From Gemmatimonadaceae bacterium (lineage in GTDB: Bacteria; Gemmatimonadota; Gemmatimonadetes; Gemmatimonadales; Gemmatimonadaceae): DNA of 64,000 nucleotides. Location: assembly GCA_044224875.1 (NCBI GenBank), contig JBGAJQ010000011.1, positions 1 to 64,000 of the forward strand, written 5' to 3'. Position 1 is the stretch's first letter, and every line of letters begins with the position of its first letter. Made by a program: the position numbers and the translations under genes. Positions 62,306 to 64,000 of this stretch are shown here, piece by piece. A model generated the notes under the pieces. That model made no database searches and was not told where the DNA came from. It saw nothing but the letters and a program-made list of their open reading frames with translations.

Positions 62306-64000
62306 ATGCGAACGACTCGGACGACTCTCCTGCTGATCGGTGTTCTCACTGCCTGTGGTGGCGGTGGGGGAGACGGCGGCGCGACCAATCCACCTCCCGT
62401 GGCTGTGGCCAGCGTCGATGTCACGCCGACCGCGTCATCGCTGGCCCCCTCCAGCACCGTGCAGCTCACGGCCACTCCGAAAGATGCTGGCGGCAACGCA
62501 CTCGGCGGTCGGTCGGTGACATGGTCGAGCAGCGATGCCGGCGTGGCGTCGGTGAGCACGTCTGGACTTGTCACCGCGGTGGCCGCCGGGACCGCGCAGG
62601 TGACCGCGTCGAGCGAAGGACGTACGGGTTCCGCTTCGATCACCGTGCTGGCGCCGATTGCTGTGCTGTCGCTGGATCACCCGACGGCGTCGTTAGTAGC
62701 GGGGCAAACGCTGCAGCTGACGCCGACGGCGAAGGATGGCGCGGGGGCGACGCTGGCCGGACGCCCCGTGGCATGGGCAAGCAGCGCTCCGACCGTGGCC
62801 ACCGTCACCTCGTCTGGCCTGGTGACGGCGCTGGCTTCCGGCACCGCGTCGATTACCGCCAGCACCGAGGGAAAGACCGCGACGGCTGCCATCACGGTGG
62901 CTGACGGAGCGATCGTGGGGGCCAGTGGCGCCACCGTCAGCGCCGCCAGCGGCAACGTCAAGATCGAGGTTCCCGCGGGCGCTGCGCCGGTCGGCACGAC
63001 GATAACCGTGCAGGAGGCTCCAGCTCCAACCTCAGGGCCCAACGGGGCATTCTTGTCGGGGACGTTCTACCAGTTTGGTCCCGAGGGCACGACGTTCACC
63101 AGCCCGGTAAAGGTCACGCTCAAGTACGATCCCGCCAAGCTGCCGCCTTGGGCCATCCCTGAGGACTTGGGCATCCAGCGGCTGAGCAACGGGCAGTGGA
63201 ACAAACTCGCGAACATCGTGGTGGACACGGTGGCTCACACGATCACTGGGACTACCACCGGCTTCAGCGCCTTCGGGGCATCAACCAATGCGCCGACGGT
63301 CACGCTGACGCCGAACAAGGGGCAGGTCAACTACAACCAGCGATCCGTCATCTTCGATGCGATCGTCAACGGCCATCAGTGGGGCCAGTTCCAGTATGCC
63401 TGGAACAGCTCCAAGTCGAACGGTGCGCTGGGCGCCCAGTTTGGGAGCACCATGCAGTACATCGGATCCACACCGATTCTACCGGACGGCGTGATTGACG
63501 TCGTGTGGGTGGACGTGTCTGGTCCGGTGGTCCCAAATGGCCCAGTGCAGGTGCTTGGCCGGGCGGTGGCCAACGTGACGGCCGACCTGGGGCTGACGTT
63601 TGAGCTGAACCCCTGGACGCAGCTCGTCGACTTCGGCAAGACTGTGGATGTACAGGCGTTGGTGCGCCAGGCAGACGGTTCGTTGTACAACGGCAAGTTG
63701 CAGTACAAGTACACATCCACCAACTACGTTGGCACCACGACGCCGGCCGCCGGGCTCCAGACGTCGATCAACACGGCGCAGTACCGAGCGCTTCCCGCCA
63801 TCGCCCAGGTCGGGCGCCCGCCGCGCGGTGACAAGATCACCGTGGAATTCTTTGTCGAACACAAGATCCCCAACGGGACGCTACAGAACCCCAACTCGTT
63901 CCTCGTTCAGTGGGATCGGCTTGGAAGTGCGGATGCCTTTGTCGAAGTGGGGAAGGACATCTACATCGGCCACTACTCGATCGAAACGCAAATTACAAAT
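62306..64000 (+). CDS. Surface lipoprotein with two Big_2 Ig-like domains and a ZU5-like domain (3'-truncated by window edge)
   Basis: Manual translation: MRTTRTTLLLIGVLTAC-GGGG; VTWSSSDAGVASVSTSGLVTAV and AWASSAPTVATVTSSGLVTAL; IEVPAGA...YQFGPEGTTFTSPVKVTLKYD...TTGFS; absent from the ORF track, consistent with no stop before the window end. Confidence 0.88.
   Translation, partial: MRTTRTTLLLIGVLTACGGGGGDGGATNPPPVAVASVDVTPTASSLAPSSTVQLTATPKDAGGNALGGRSVTWSSSDAGVASVSTSGLVTAVAAGTAQVTASSEGRTGSASITVLAPIAVLSLDHPTASLVAGQTLQLTPTAKDGAGATLAGRPVAWASSAPTVATVTSSGLVTALASGTASITASTEGKTATAAITVADGAIVGASGATVSAASGNVKIEVPAGAAPVGTTITVQEAPAPTSGPNGAFLSGTFYQFGPEGTTFTSPVKVTLKYDPAKLPPWAIPEDLGIQRLSNGQWNKLANIVVDTVAHTITGTTTGFSAFGASTNAPTVTLTPNKGQVNYNQRSVIFDAIVNGHQWGQFQYAWNSSKSNGALGAQFGSTMQYIGSTPILPDGVIDVVWVDVSGPVVPNGPVQVLGRAVANVTADLGLTFELNPWTQLVDFGKTVDVQALVRQADGSLYNGKLQYKYTSTNYVGTTTPAAGLQTSINTAQYRALPAIAQVGRPPRGDKITVEFFVEHKIPNGTLQNPNSFLVQWDRLGSADAFVEVGKDIYIGHYSIETQITN

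Overview
GC-rich (about 65% by eye) bacterial chromosomal window. It is most likely Gemmatimonadota, inferred from the ADOP permease, Big_2 lipoprotein, beta-propeller lipoprotein and membrane Ser/Thr kinase. It is a mosaic of about 55 mostly unrelated genes: a MacA/MacB/TolC-type exporter without an ATPase, a three-gene polysaccharide fragment, a lipoprotein serpin, c-di-GMP proteins, RecQ, AlkA, a DUF5107-TPR protein, ChrA, TrmL, peptidases/hydrolases, an ECF42-type sigma/YciI pair and many small accessory genes. I found no rRNA, tRNA, CRISPR array, transposase or integrase. The strongest unexplained signal is the non-palindromic octamer CGTTAGGC/GCCTAACG: 25 exact copies by hand count against about 2.5 expected, and about 41 GTTAGG cores. 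It shows no strand bias, occurs in several reading frames using rare codons, is enriched at gene boundaries and contains the integron core GTTRRRY. Other notable items are a complete sigma54-type promoter (paired enhancer palindromes, IHF-like site, -24/-12) driving a pseudo-receiver plus degenerate EAL protein, a near-consensus CRP box, several operator palindromes, and three apparent internal deletions. Several single-base frameshifts suggest long-read consensus errors. All family assignments come from motif recognition, not database searches.
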